Origin: an archaeon GW2011_AR15 | GTDB taxonomy: Archaea > Nanobdellota > Nanobdellia > Woesearchaeales > GW2011-AR15 | NCBI GenBank assembly: GCA_000830295.1 | Contig: CP010425.1 | Location: forward strand, 1,038,952 to 1,102,951 | Length of the DNA stretch: 64,000 nt | Reading direction: 5' to 3' | Shown here: piece after piece, positions 19,652-27,513 of the stretch | How the letters are laid out: every line of letters starts with the position of its first letter | Position numbering within the stretch: the stretch's first letter is position 1 | Position numbers and translations under genes: made by a program | The notes under the pieces: model-generated | What the model saw: the letters and a program-made list of their open reading frames with translations, nothing else | Database searches by the model: none | What the model was told of the DNA's origin: nothing

Positions 19652-20584
19652 ATGCTCGAACAAAAAATACTGCTGGCACAAATGGATCCTGAAACTGTAA
19701 GCGATGAGATAGGCGACTTTGTCATACAACAGGTAAAGGAGGGGGATTATATAGGATGTGTTATAGGGCTATCAGGAGGCATTGATTCCACAACCACAGC
19801 TACACTGATAAAAAGAGCGTTTGACAGGCATAATCTCAGAAGAAAACGGAACAAGCTTGAGATTGTGGGGTATATCATGCCTTCAGATATCAATAACCCT
19901 GAAGATGCGAGAGACGGCATAAGGGTCGCAGAAAACCTTGGGGTAAGATATGAGGTTCTGGATATAAACGGCGTTGTAGAAGCATACAGGACAACAAATC
20001 CCGAAGCATTTGATGTAGAATACCACAAAGGAAACCTTATGTCTAGGATTAGGGGGAACATCCTTTCCACAAAAGCAGCTACAGAAAGGAAACTTGTTGC
20101 CGGCACTGGAAACTGGGATGAAGATTTCGGCCTGGGATACTATACTTTATTCGGCGACGGGGCTGTACACATGAGCCCAATCGGCAATCTTCCAAAGAGG
20201 CTTGTAAGAGAGATGGCAAAATATCTTGGCATTGATTCCTATTTTGTCAACAGGGAGCCTACTGCAGGGCTTGAGCCCGGCCAGACAGACTTTAAGGATC
20301 TGGGCTACAGCTATGACACGGCTGAATTAATTATAAGAGGCCTGGAGCTTGGCATTGACCCACGGGACTTGGCTGATTATTCCCAGGTAAAAAAACAGAT
20401 TGAACCAGAAATCAGCTATAAGGGAGCCAAATTCACTTCTGCATATGAGATTATAGAAGACATAATGCAGAGACACATTGTTGCAGAGGCTAAGGCAGGT
20501 ATTGTCAGCCCTCCTGCAGCGCCTGTATCCCTATACTACGGCAAAGAGATCTGGAGGACAATAAAAAAGGTAGAGAGGGAATAA
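19652..20584 (+). CDS. nadE: NH3-dependent NAD+ synthetase
   Basis: The PP-loop GLSGGIDSTTTA is present. GGAGG lies 5 nt upstream of the ATG at 19652, inside the end of pncA. Confidence 0.9.
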   Translation: MLEQKILLAQMDPETVSDEIGDFVIQQVKEGDYIGCVIGLSGGIDSTTTATLIKRAFDRHNLRRKRNKLEIVGYIMPSDINNPEDARDGIRVAENLGVRYEVLDINGVVEAYRTTNPEAFDVEYHKGNLMSRIRGNILSTKAATERKLVAGTGNWDEDFGLGYYTLFGDGAVHMSPIGNLPKRLVREMAKYLGIDSYFVNREPTAGLEPGQTDFKDLGYSYDTAELIIRGLELGIDPRDLADYSQVKKQIEPEISYKGAKFTSAYEIIEDIMQRHIVAEAKAGIVSPPAAPVSLYYGKEIWRTIKKVERE

Positions 20585-20585
20585 A

Positions 20586-21035
20586 ATGACAAAACCAACA
20601 CAGCTCTATGTAGCTACAACCCTCATAATAAAGCATGAGGATAAGTACGTGCTTATAGAAAGAAAAAACCCGCCGTACGGCTTTGCCCTTCCCGGAGGCT
20701 TTCTCGAGCCAAACCTGACTGGGGTAAAAAATGGAGAAAAAGAAGCCAAAGAAGAGACGAATCTAGAGATCCTGATTCATAACCCCTATACTCCAATAGT
20801 CTTCTCATCTCCTGATAGAGATCCCAGAAGCAGAGTAGTTGATCTTATTTACATAGCTACAGGAACGGGCAAGCTGGCTGCCGGAGATGATGCAAAGGCA
20901 GTCCATGAATTCTGGCCTGATGAGATAGAGAAAATGTTTGGCAAGAACAAATTTGCCTTTGACCATGAAGACATACTAAAACACTATTTTTCAAGGAGGA
21001 TGTTCTATGACTATTCCGGCAACGATAGAAGGTAG
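20586..21035 (+). CDS. Nudix hydrolase (divergent Nudix box)
   Basis: LPGGFLEPNLTGVKNGEKEAKEETNLEI keeps the EKEAKEET core but not the full GX5EX7REUXEEXGU spacing. Confidence 0.75.
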   Translation: MTKPTQLYVATTLIIKHEDKYVLIERKNPPYGFALPGGFLEPNLTGVKNGEKEAKEETNLEILIHNPYTPIVFSSPDRDPRSRVVDLIYIATGTGKLAAGDDAKAVHEFWPDEIEKMFGKNKFAFDHEDILKHYFSRRMFYDYSGNDRR

Positions 21036-21651
21036 AGTAGGGACAATCGCGAGGTTTAAGCCTCTCCATATGGGGGCCCAGCTTATGCTTGAAACCATAT
21101 GCTCACAGGCAGGTGAAGTCATAATCGGAATCGGAAGCTCAAATAAGTATGATGTAAGAAATCCTTTTACTGCTGAGGAAACAGAGGAGATGATACGCAG
21201 GGCTCTCTCAGGATATGATAACTATTCTGTTGTCCACGTCCCTGATTTTGCCCACCTCGGCCCTGAATATCAGGATGGCCAGGCATGGAGGAAGAATGTT
21301 CTCAGGTTGTTTGGAGAGCTGGATTATTTCATAGTGGAGAACGGCTATGTAAAAAAACTGCTTGAAGAGGATTATAAAATTGCAAGACCTTCCAGCCTTA
21401 TTCCTAAAGAGAGCCAGATAATGGTCAGCGGGACAATGGTCAGGGTTGAAATGGCAAAAAATGGCGACTGGAAAAGTCTTGTTTCAAAAGAAGTAGCGGA
21501 TTATCTGACTGAGCCCGGCAAAGCTGGAAGCTATGAAAATCTTGTTGACAGATTTAGAAAAGAATTCGGGCTTGAAACTCTGGCCAGCATGGCAACTGAG
21601 GGGATCTATGCCAGGGATGCTGAAACAGAATACAGGAGGACACTGGTGTAA
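21007..21651 (+). CDS. nadM: archaeal-type nicotinamide-nucleotide adenylyltransferase homolog (HxGA instead of HxGH)
   Basis: GTIARFKPLHMGAQ, IGSSNKYDVRNPFTAEE and SGTMVRVEMAKNGDWKSLV parallel the NadM motifs GRFQPFHxGH, IGSAQ..NPFT and SGTEVR...DW. It overlaps the upstream gene by 29 nt. Confidence 0.75.
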   Translation: MTIPATIEGRVGTIARFKPLHMGAQLMLETICSQAGEVIIGIGSSNKYDVRNPFTAEETEEMIRRALSGYDNYSVVHVPDFAHLGPEYQDGQAWRKNVLRLFGELDYFIVENGYVKKLLEEDYKIARPSSLIPKESQIMVSGTMVRVEMAKNGDWKSLVSKEVADYLTEPGKAGSYENLVDRFRKEFGLETLASMATEGIYARDAETEYRRTLV

Positions 21652-21652
21652 A

Positions 21653-22432
21653 ATGGCAAAAATAGGGAATTATGAAATCATAAAGGAAATAGCAATTGAC
21701 AGCAAAGGGGAACCTGTTGGCGGAATGGGAAGGATATTCCAGGCAAAGCATATCTATCTGGATGAGCTTGCATGCATAAAGCAGAACAAGGCAAAAGAGT
21801 TCGAGGATGTGCTTTACAACGAGGCAAAAATACTCTGGAGGCTCAACGAACACCATTCAATACCTACTGTAAAGGATTTCTTTCCTGTTGCTGATTCATA
21901 TGTCATGGTAATGGATTACATAGACGGCCCTACCCTTGACTCTCTTATTGAGAAGAATTCAAGAATGCATCCTGAAGATGCATCCTGGATTACCGAACGG
22001 CTTCTTTCAGCACTGCAGTATTCTACTTACAAGGGGATTGTTCATGGCGACATAAAACCTGGGAACCTTTTCATTGAAGCAAAACATCATGATGTAAAAC
22101 TCATAGACTGGGGCCTTGCCTCATACAAGCCCAAAAGTACCAGCAAACAGATGGGATATACCCCGAGATATGTAGCTCCTGAGATAAGGGATGGCAAGTC
22201 GCCTATTCCTGAATCCGATGTCTATGGTACGGGAATGATCATGCTCTATGCATTGGGAGGTGATGTTGACAGCAAGGAGTTCAGGGACGAGACTCCTGAG
22301 CCGATAAAAGAATTCTGCAGCAGGCTAATAAGATATGACCCTATGCAGAGACCAAGCCTGGAAAAGGAGAACTTGGCAAAAGCTTTGTCAGACATAAGAG
22401 AACAGGTCTTTGGAAGAAGACACATGAAATAA
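21653..22432 (+). CDS. Hanks-type serine/threonine protein kinase (catalytic domain only, about 260 aa)
   Basis: The glycine loop is GGMGRIF and the lysine lies in ACIKQ. The catalytic loop is HGDIKPGNLF, with DWG (the DFG equivalent) and YVAPE. The ATG is 1 nt after the nadM stop. Confidence 0.85.
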   Translation: MAKIGNYEIIKEIAIDSKGEPVGGMGRIFQAKHIYLDELACIKQNKAKEFEDVLYNEAKILWRLNEHHSIPTVKDFFPVADSYVMVMDYIDGPTLDSLIEKNSRMHPEDASWITERLLSALQYSTYKGIVHGDIKPGNLFIEAKHHDVKLIDWGLASYKPKSTSKQMGYTPRYVAPEIRDGKSPIPESDVYGTGMIMLYALGGDVDSKEFRDETPEPIKEFCSRLIRYDPMQRPSLEKENLAKALSDIREQVFGRRHMK

Positions 22433-22433
22433 T

Positions 22434-23411
22434 ATGAGGTTGATAAAAATGTATTCGTGGAGCGGAGATACAACAAACTGGAGAGGAGCAGGGGCGTATA
22501 AATTTGACAAAAACCCCTACAAAGCCGATCCGAGAGCAAAAAAGGCGAGGACATATTCCTCAAGCAGCACGCCAAACATGAAGATGGTGGACCCTAAAGA
22601 TAAAGAAATTGAATCCTACAGTGCAAACCCAATACTTGTAGGCGTGGATGTTACTGGCTCAATGGCCAGCTGGCCTGGTGAGATATTTGACAGGCTGCCG
22701 CTTTTTGCAACAACACTTGCGCAGTACAGGGATGACGCGGAGTTTTGCTTTGCTGCAATAGGGGATGCAACCTGCGACAGCTATCCATTGCAGGTAAATA
22801 AGTTTGGGAAAGGGATTGACCTTGAGGATCACATAAAGGCGCTTGGCGCTGAAGGAGGCGGAGGAGGACAGATAAAAGAAAGCTATGAGTTATTCGGCTA
22901 TTACATGCTGAACAATGTCAAAACTCCAAATGCACTTTCGCCATTCCTTTTCATCCTGGGAGACGAAATGTTCTACCCTGCTGTGAATCCTGATCAGGTT
23001 GAGCATTATATCGGTTCAACTTTGCAGTCAGGAATAGATTCTCTTGGGCTATGGGCTGCCTTGTCGCAGAAATACAATATGTTCTTCCTGCAGAAGCCTT
23101 ATGGCCATGGGGGAGAGGCAAGTGTAGATGCTGAAGTGAGGAAAGCCTGGGAAAAGGCCCTGGGAAAAGAAAGAGTGATACAGCTTCCCAGCATGGAAAG
23201 GACTGTTGACATAATGATGGGGATTGTAGCCAAAAGCTGGGGAAAATATGATGACTTTAGCCTAAGCCTTGGGGCCAGGCAGCCAGATGATGAGCAGACC
23301 AAAGTCCATATGTCAATAAGGTATCTTCCGGACGGCACAACTGAACATTCGGTTATGGATGCTAAAGGAAGCACAAAAACCAAGTCACTGCTCGATCTTG
23401 GCAGCAAATAA
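22434..23411 (+). CDS. von Willebrand factor A (vWA)-like protein
   Basis: A MIDAS-like VGVDVTGSM is followed by AIGDATCDS and FILGDEM in the spacing expected for a vWA fold. An alternative ATG lies at 22449. Confidence 0.6.
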   Translation: MRLIKMYSWSGDTTNWRGAGAYKFDKNPYKADPRAKKARTYSSSSTPNMKMVDPKDKEIESYSANPILVGVDVTGSMASWPGEIFDRLPLFATTLAQYRDDAEFCFAAIGDATCDSYPLQVNKFGKGIDLEDHIKALGAEGGGGGQIKESYELFGYYMLNNVKTPNALSPFLFILGDEMFYPAVNPDQVEHYIGSTLQSGIDSLGLWAALSQKYNMFFLQKPYGHGGEASVDAEVRKAWEKALGKERVIQLPSMERTVDIMMGIVAKSWGKYDDFSLSLGARQPDDEQTKVHMSIRYLPDGTTEHSVMDAKGSTKTKSLLDLGSK

Positions 23412-23440
23412 ATTTTTTATTTTTATTTTTGGAGGGAAAA

Positions 23441-24343
23441 ATGAAAACAAAAGCCATTGTAACAATGCCACCATACGCCGGATACTTAAGCGATGTTGTG
23501 AAGCACCCCATTGTCTCAGGCATAAGGCTGAATACTGTAATGCCAACCAAGGAAAAGCTAGAAGACATGCTTAAAAGGCTTAATAATGCCACCGGAGATA
23601 AAGATCTGTGGATTGACCTTAAAGGCAGACAGCTCAGGACAAAGGGATACTGGGTTCCGCCATTCACTGAAATACAGCTGACTCACACAATAAAGGTCGA
23701 TACACCAGCAACTGCTGTTTTCAGTGACGGGAAGGAGTACGCAACAATACTGGAGGTTGACGGGAACCGCCTGATAATGCAGGAAGGCCCAAGAAGGGTT
23801 GTCGGCCCCGGGGAATCCCTTAACATAAGGGGTAAAAACCTCTCAATTGACGGCTATTTTACAGAGACGGATTTTAGGTATATTGAGGCAGGACAAAAGA
23901 CAGGAACCAAAAAATACATGCTTTCTTTTGTAGAGTCAAAAACAGACATAGATTTATTAAAAAAATTATATTCCGAAGCTGAGATTATTGCAAAAATCGA
24001 GTCAAAGAAAGGGCTTGATTATGTAATGAGAAGCTGGAACAATGATGCAAGGCTGATGGCAGCCAGGGGAGACCTGTATCTTGAGCTGGATATGCCTCAT
24101 GACATAATAAAAGCTTCAGAGTCCATAATCCGGAAAGACAAGGATGCAATTGTCGCCTCAAGGATATTTGACTCATTGTCCTATCAGGAGGAAATAAGCA
24201 GCCAGGATATCGGCGATGTTGACAGCCTTATGAGGATGGGATACAGGAATTTCATGTTCGGTGATTACATATGCATGCACAAGGAATCCATAATGAGCGG
24301 CCTGAACCTGCTTTACAGGATGGCGGAGAGCTATGAAAAATGA
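23441..24343 (+). CDS. pyruvate-kinase-like barrel protein lacking the C-terminal regulatory domain
   Basis: Four motifs fall in the order of PK motifs DTKGPEIR, SFV, AKIE and MVARGDLG: IDLKGRQLR, LSFVESKTDI, IIAKIESKKGL and LMAARGDLYLEL. The protein is only about 300 aa. GGAGGG precedes the ATG at 23441. Confidence 0.6.
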   Translation: MKTKAIVTMPPYAGYLSDVVKHPIVSGIRLNTVMPTKEKLEDMLKRLNNATGDKDLWIDLKGRQLRTKGYWVPPFTEIQLTHTIKVDTPATAVFSDGKEYATILEVDGNRLIMQEGPRRVVGPGESLNIRGKNLSIDGYFTETDFRYIEAGQKTGTKKYMLSFVESKTDIDLLKKLYSEAEIIAKIESKKGLDYVMRSWNNDARLMAARGDLYLELDMPHDIIKASESIIRKDKDAIVASRIFDSLSYQEEISSQDIGDVDSLMRMGYRNFMFGDYICMHKESIMSGLNLLYRMAESYEK

Positions 24344-25209
24344 ATAATGTACTCGTAGTGTATAAGAAAAGCACTTTTGAGCTTTATGGCAATTCTCCTG
24401 ACGGGAAAACCCGGGAGTATGTCCGGGATAACCTTGAATATCTTAAAAAAAGCCATGATTCGCAGCAGAAAACTCTTGAGACTGTAGCAGACGAGCTTAA
24501 CCAAAGAAACATAAAAAACCACGTAATATACAGAGCTGATTTAAAAGAATTAAGCGGAGAGCTGAAGAAACTAAACGGATATGATCTTATTGTGAGCGTA
24601 GGAGGGGACGGCACCTTATTGGAGGTGTCCCATTATGTGACAGATATTCCTGTATTGGGAGTTAATTCCGACAGCAGCGGAAGCACGGGATATTTCAGTA
24701 TGGCAAATTCAGGGAATTTTGGCTATTTAATTGATAATTTCAGTAATACAAAAATGACAAGACTGAACAGGCTTGAAATAATGCTAAACAGGGAGATATT
24801 GCCTGAGCTGGTGCTCAATGACATATTAATAGCCCATTCAAATCCTGCCGCAAATACGAGGTTTAAGCTATATATGAACAATCAGGAAGAGATGTTCAGA
24901 AACAGCAGCGGTGTGCTTATATGCACTCCCGCAGGGTCAACTGCATTCATGTATCAGGAAAACGGCAATATCATGCCTATTGATTTTGGGTATATGCAGT
25001 ATCACATAAGAAGCAACAGGAAAGAGCACGATATGTTCAGATTTGCTGGCAAACTGGAGATAGAATCACTGACAAGGGAAGGTGGGATATGGATAGATGG
25101 AGAGCACCTGAGGTACGATTTTGCTCTTGGAGACAAAATTAAGATATATATGGGCCAGCCGCTCCAGCTGGTCGGTGATTTAGAGGAAAAGAGAAAACAC
25201 TTTAAATAA
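24340..25209 (+). CDS. nadK: NAD+ kinase
   Basis: The GGDG motif appears as LIVSVGGDGTLL, and a later region is TPAGSTAF. The start overlaps the upstream stop by 4 nt. Confidence 0.88.
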   Translation: MNNVLVVYKKSTFELYGNSPDGKTREYVRDNLEYLKKSHDSQQKTLETVADELNQRNIKNHVIYRADLKELSGELKKLNGYDLIVSVGGDGTLLEVSHYVTDIPVLGVNSDSSGSTGYFSMANSGNFGYLIDNFSNTKMTRLNRLEIMLNREILPELVLNDILIAHSNPAANTRFKLYMNNQEEMFRNSSGVLICTPAGSTAFMYQENGNIMPIDFGYMQYHIRSNRKEHDMFRFAGKLEIESLTREGGIWIDGEHLRYDFALGDKIKIYMGQPLQLVGDLEEKRKHFK

Positions 25210-25229
25210 AGGCGTTGTTCTCAGTTAAA

Positions 25230-25772
25230 ATGGATTTGAGAAAATTCAGCAGGAAAGAAGTAATCTCTTTCATAATTTTATCTATAATTGCAGTCCTGAT
25301 CCTTGCCACTTTCAGGGGCGCAAGGGCAACCCTATTTGTTCTTGGATTCATCATTTTCAGCGTTATCCTGACATTATACAAGAGGTATTTCTATATCCCC
25401 ATAGAATTTGAGATTATATCTCTGGGAATAGTGCTCTGCTCTGTTGAGTACGGCCTGGCTGCAGGGCTCATAGTTGCATTAGTCGGCGGGATAGCATACA
25501 CTATATACTGCACGAGCTTCAGTCCTTTTACTGTGCCCATGCTGTTCGGCTACAGCCTGATGGCTTTTCTTGCCTCTTTCTTCCCGCAGGCAAACATAAC
25601 CTACCTTGGGATTGCAGTCAATGTAATCCACAACATTTTTGTGTTCTCAATATACCATTTTGCATTTAGATACGACCCATTTAAGAATATCATGTACAGC
25701 GGGACAAACATACTGATAAATATCCTGCTGTTCTCTAATGTTGCACCCTTCTTATCTGCAATAATGGGATAA
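25230..25772 (+). CDS. small polytopic membrane protein (about 5-6 TM), last gene of the NAD operon
   Basis: Hydrophobic helices run throughout. I recognise no family. The ATG at 25230 is preferred over the TTG at 25215. Confidence 0.58.
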   Translation: MDLRKFSRKEVISFIILSIIAVLILATFRGARATLFVLGFIIFSVILTLYKRYFYIPIEFEIISLGIVLCSVEYGLAAGLIVALVGGIAYTIYCTSFSPFTVPMLFGYSLMAFLASFFPQANITYLGIAVNVIHNIFVFSIYHFAFRYDPFKNIMYSGTNILINILLFSNVAPFLSAIMG

Positions 25773-26906
25773 TCAGATGGATTCTATTATCTTTAGGAAT
25801 GCAGCAGCTATTTTCTCCTCTTTTTCTCGCGGGTACTTTGTTTCTGCCAGTGTCTTTCCTTCAAGAGGCTTGTCTGAGCCCACACCGGCAAAGAAATAGT
25901 TTATGCTGCCAAGATTTGGATAATTGCTATGGTATCCATGATCAAGGGAAGCCATAACTGACCATTCCATATCTAGAAAATCCCCCCCTGCTTTGAGACC
26001 ATGCTCCAGGCTGGATTTGCTCTGTTTCAGCACAGAAGTCATGTTTATTGTTGTGCCTGCATGAACCTCTTCCGCAATGCTTTTCCTGAATATCCCAGAG
26101 ACTTTTTTGTTGAACTCAAGCTGGTTGTATATTGGGTATGTCCTGAAATCCCCTTTTACAACCTTCATTTCGTCAAGGGCTGCTATGGGAATGCAGATAT
26201 CACCAACTTTAAGATCGGGATTCAATATCCCGATTTTGCCGAAATGAAATATGTTCAGGTCAACCCCTAAAAAGTATGAGCTTGTCATGGAATAAATCTG
26301 GGAAAGTATGTTCCTGGCCTGATCAGCAAAAATATAGTCAAAACATATGACCAGCTTATTATTTAGCTTCAGGATTTTGTAATTAAGGTATTCATTAGTA
26401 TTCTCCCTTATGGCTTTAATGCCATTGAACTTAAGGGATCTGTGCGGGCCAAGCATAACAACTATCTCCTTGGATTTCACAATATCTTTAGGATTGATGC
26501 CCTTAAATATCTCAAGGACAAGCGAAAATGCAAATTCCTCGAATCTTTTGCCCGCCATTGCAGCATCATCTTTGTAATTGTTTACCTTAAGCGTGAGCTG
26601 CCTTCCAAGGATTTCGCTTAGGCTTTCCACAAGGTCAGTGTCCCTGAACTTTCGCATGACTCCCCTTGTGTTTACAATATGCAGTATCCCTTTTTTGCTG
26701 TCCCAGAAATGGGGTTCTGTTGACTTCTCTGGGAAGTACTTTACCAGTCCTTTAATCTCAGTTTCCAGCTCTGAAGTTTTCCAGGCATTGTGCATAACAA
26801 CTTCGCTGAGCTTCTTCAGCTGGTCATCTCTGACACGAGAGTCAGGATGGAGTTTCCTGTCAAAAGTATATGTCTCCCTCTGCTTCTGGACCATAACCCT
26901 ATCCAT
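25773..26906 (-). CDS. PNP/UDP-family nucleosidase or phosphorylase-like protein with an unknown N-terminal domain of about 150 aa
   Basis: HFGKIGILNPDLKVGDICIP and GGDFLDMEWSVMA resemble the two core motifs of the PNP_UDP_1 fold (as in MTA and AMP nucleosidases). Confidence 0.5.
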   Translation of the reverse strand: MDRVMVQKQRETYTFDRKLHPDSRVRDDQLKKLSEVVMHNAWKTSELETEIKGLVKYFPEKSTEPHFWDSKKGILHIVNTRGVMRKFRDTDLVESLSEILGRQLTLKVNNYKDDAAMAGKRFEEFAFSLVLEIFKGINPKDIVKSKEIVVMLGPHRSLKFNGIKAIRENTNEYLNYKILKLNNKLVICFDYIFADQARNILSQIYSMTSSYFLGVDLNIFHFGKIGILNPDLKVGDICIPIAALDEMKVVKGDFRTYPIYNQLEFNKKVSGIFRKSIAEEVHAGTTINMTSVLKQSKSSLEHGLKAGGDFLDMEWSVMASLDHGYHSNYPNLGSINYFFAGVGSDKPLEGKTLAETKYPREKEEKIAAAFLKIIESI

Positions 26907-26946
26907 GGCAACCTGAAATAAAGTTAAATATTAATATATAACTATT

Positions 26947-27513
26947 ATGCATGAAAAGATGGATTTTGATAATGAAAAAAAACAGGCCCTGAATAAGCTG
27001 GACAAATCAAAAAAAGGGGAAATTGATGTGCAGATTCTTTCTTTGATAAAAAAAGTAAATAAAAATCCTGATTACTACACAACAAGCTCCTGTGCAGGCA
27101 GGGTCATGATCCTGAAGGAATCAGAAAGAAAAGACGGGGTTGAATGGGTCTTCTCAAGTCATGAAGCTGTAAAATACAGTGAAATAGGGAGACATCTGGC
27201 GGATGTTCCTGAAGAAACTTTGTGGTTCAGAATGGAGCCTCCGATATTCCATGTATGCTGCAGGGATATTAATGCTGCTGAAACCCTGATTAAGATAGCC
27301 AATAACTCGGGGTTCAGAAGGTCAGGGATAATCGGCATAAAGAAGAGGATAATTGTTGAGATTCTTTTTCCGGAAAAGATGGATGCGCCTATATCTGAGA
27401 AAGGCAGCATGATCGTTGAAGAAGCTTATCTTAAAAGATTGATTTATTATGCTAATTCCAAACTGAAGAAAACAAGAAAAAAATTAAAAATTTTTGAGGA
27501 ATTATTTCCTTAA
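26947..27513 (+). CDS. taw3: tRNA wyosine-derivative methyltransferase Taw3/TYW3
   Basis: DYYTTSSCAGRVMI matches the TYW3 SSCSGR signature, and the length is family-typical. Confidence 0.78.
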   Translation: MHEKMDFDNEKKQALNKLDKSKKGEIDVQILSLIKKVNKNPDYYTTSSCAGRVMILKESERKDGVEWVFSSHEAVKYSEIGRHLADVPEETLWFRMEPPIFHVCCRDINAAETLIKIANNSGFRRSGIIGIKKRIIVEILFPEKMDAPISEKGSMIVEEAYLKRLIYYANSKLKKTRKKLKIFEELFP

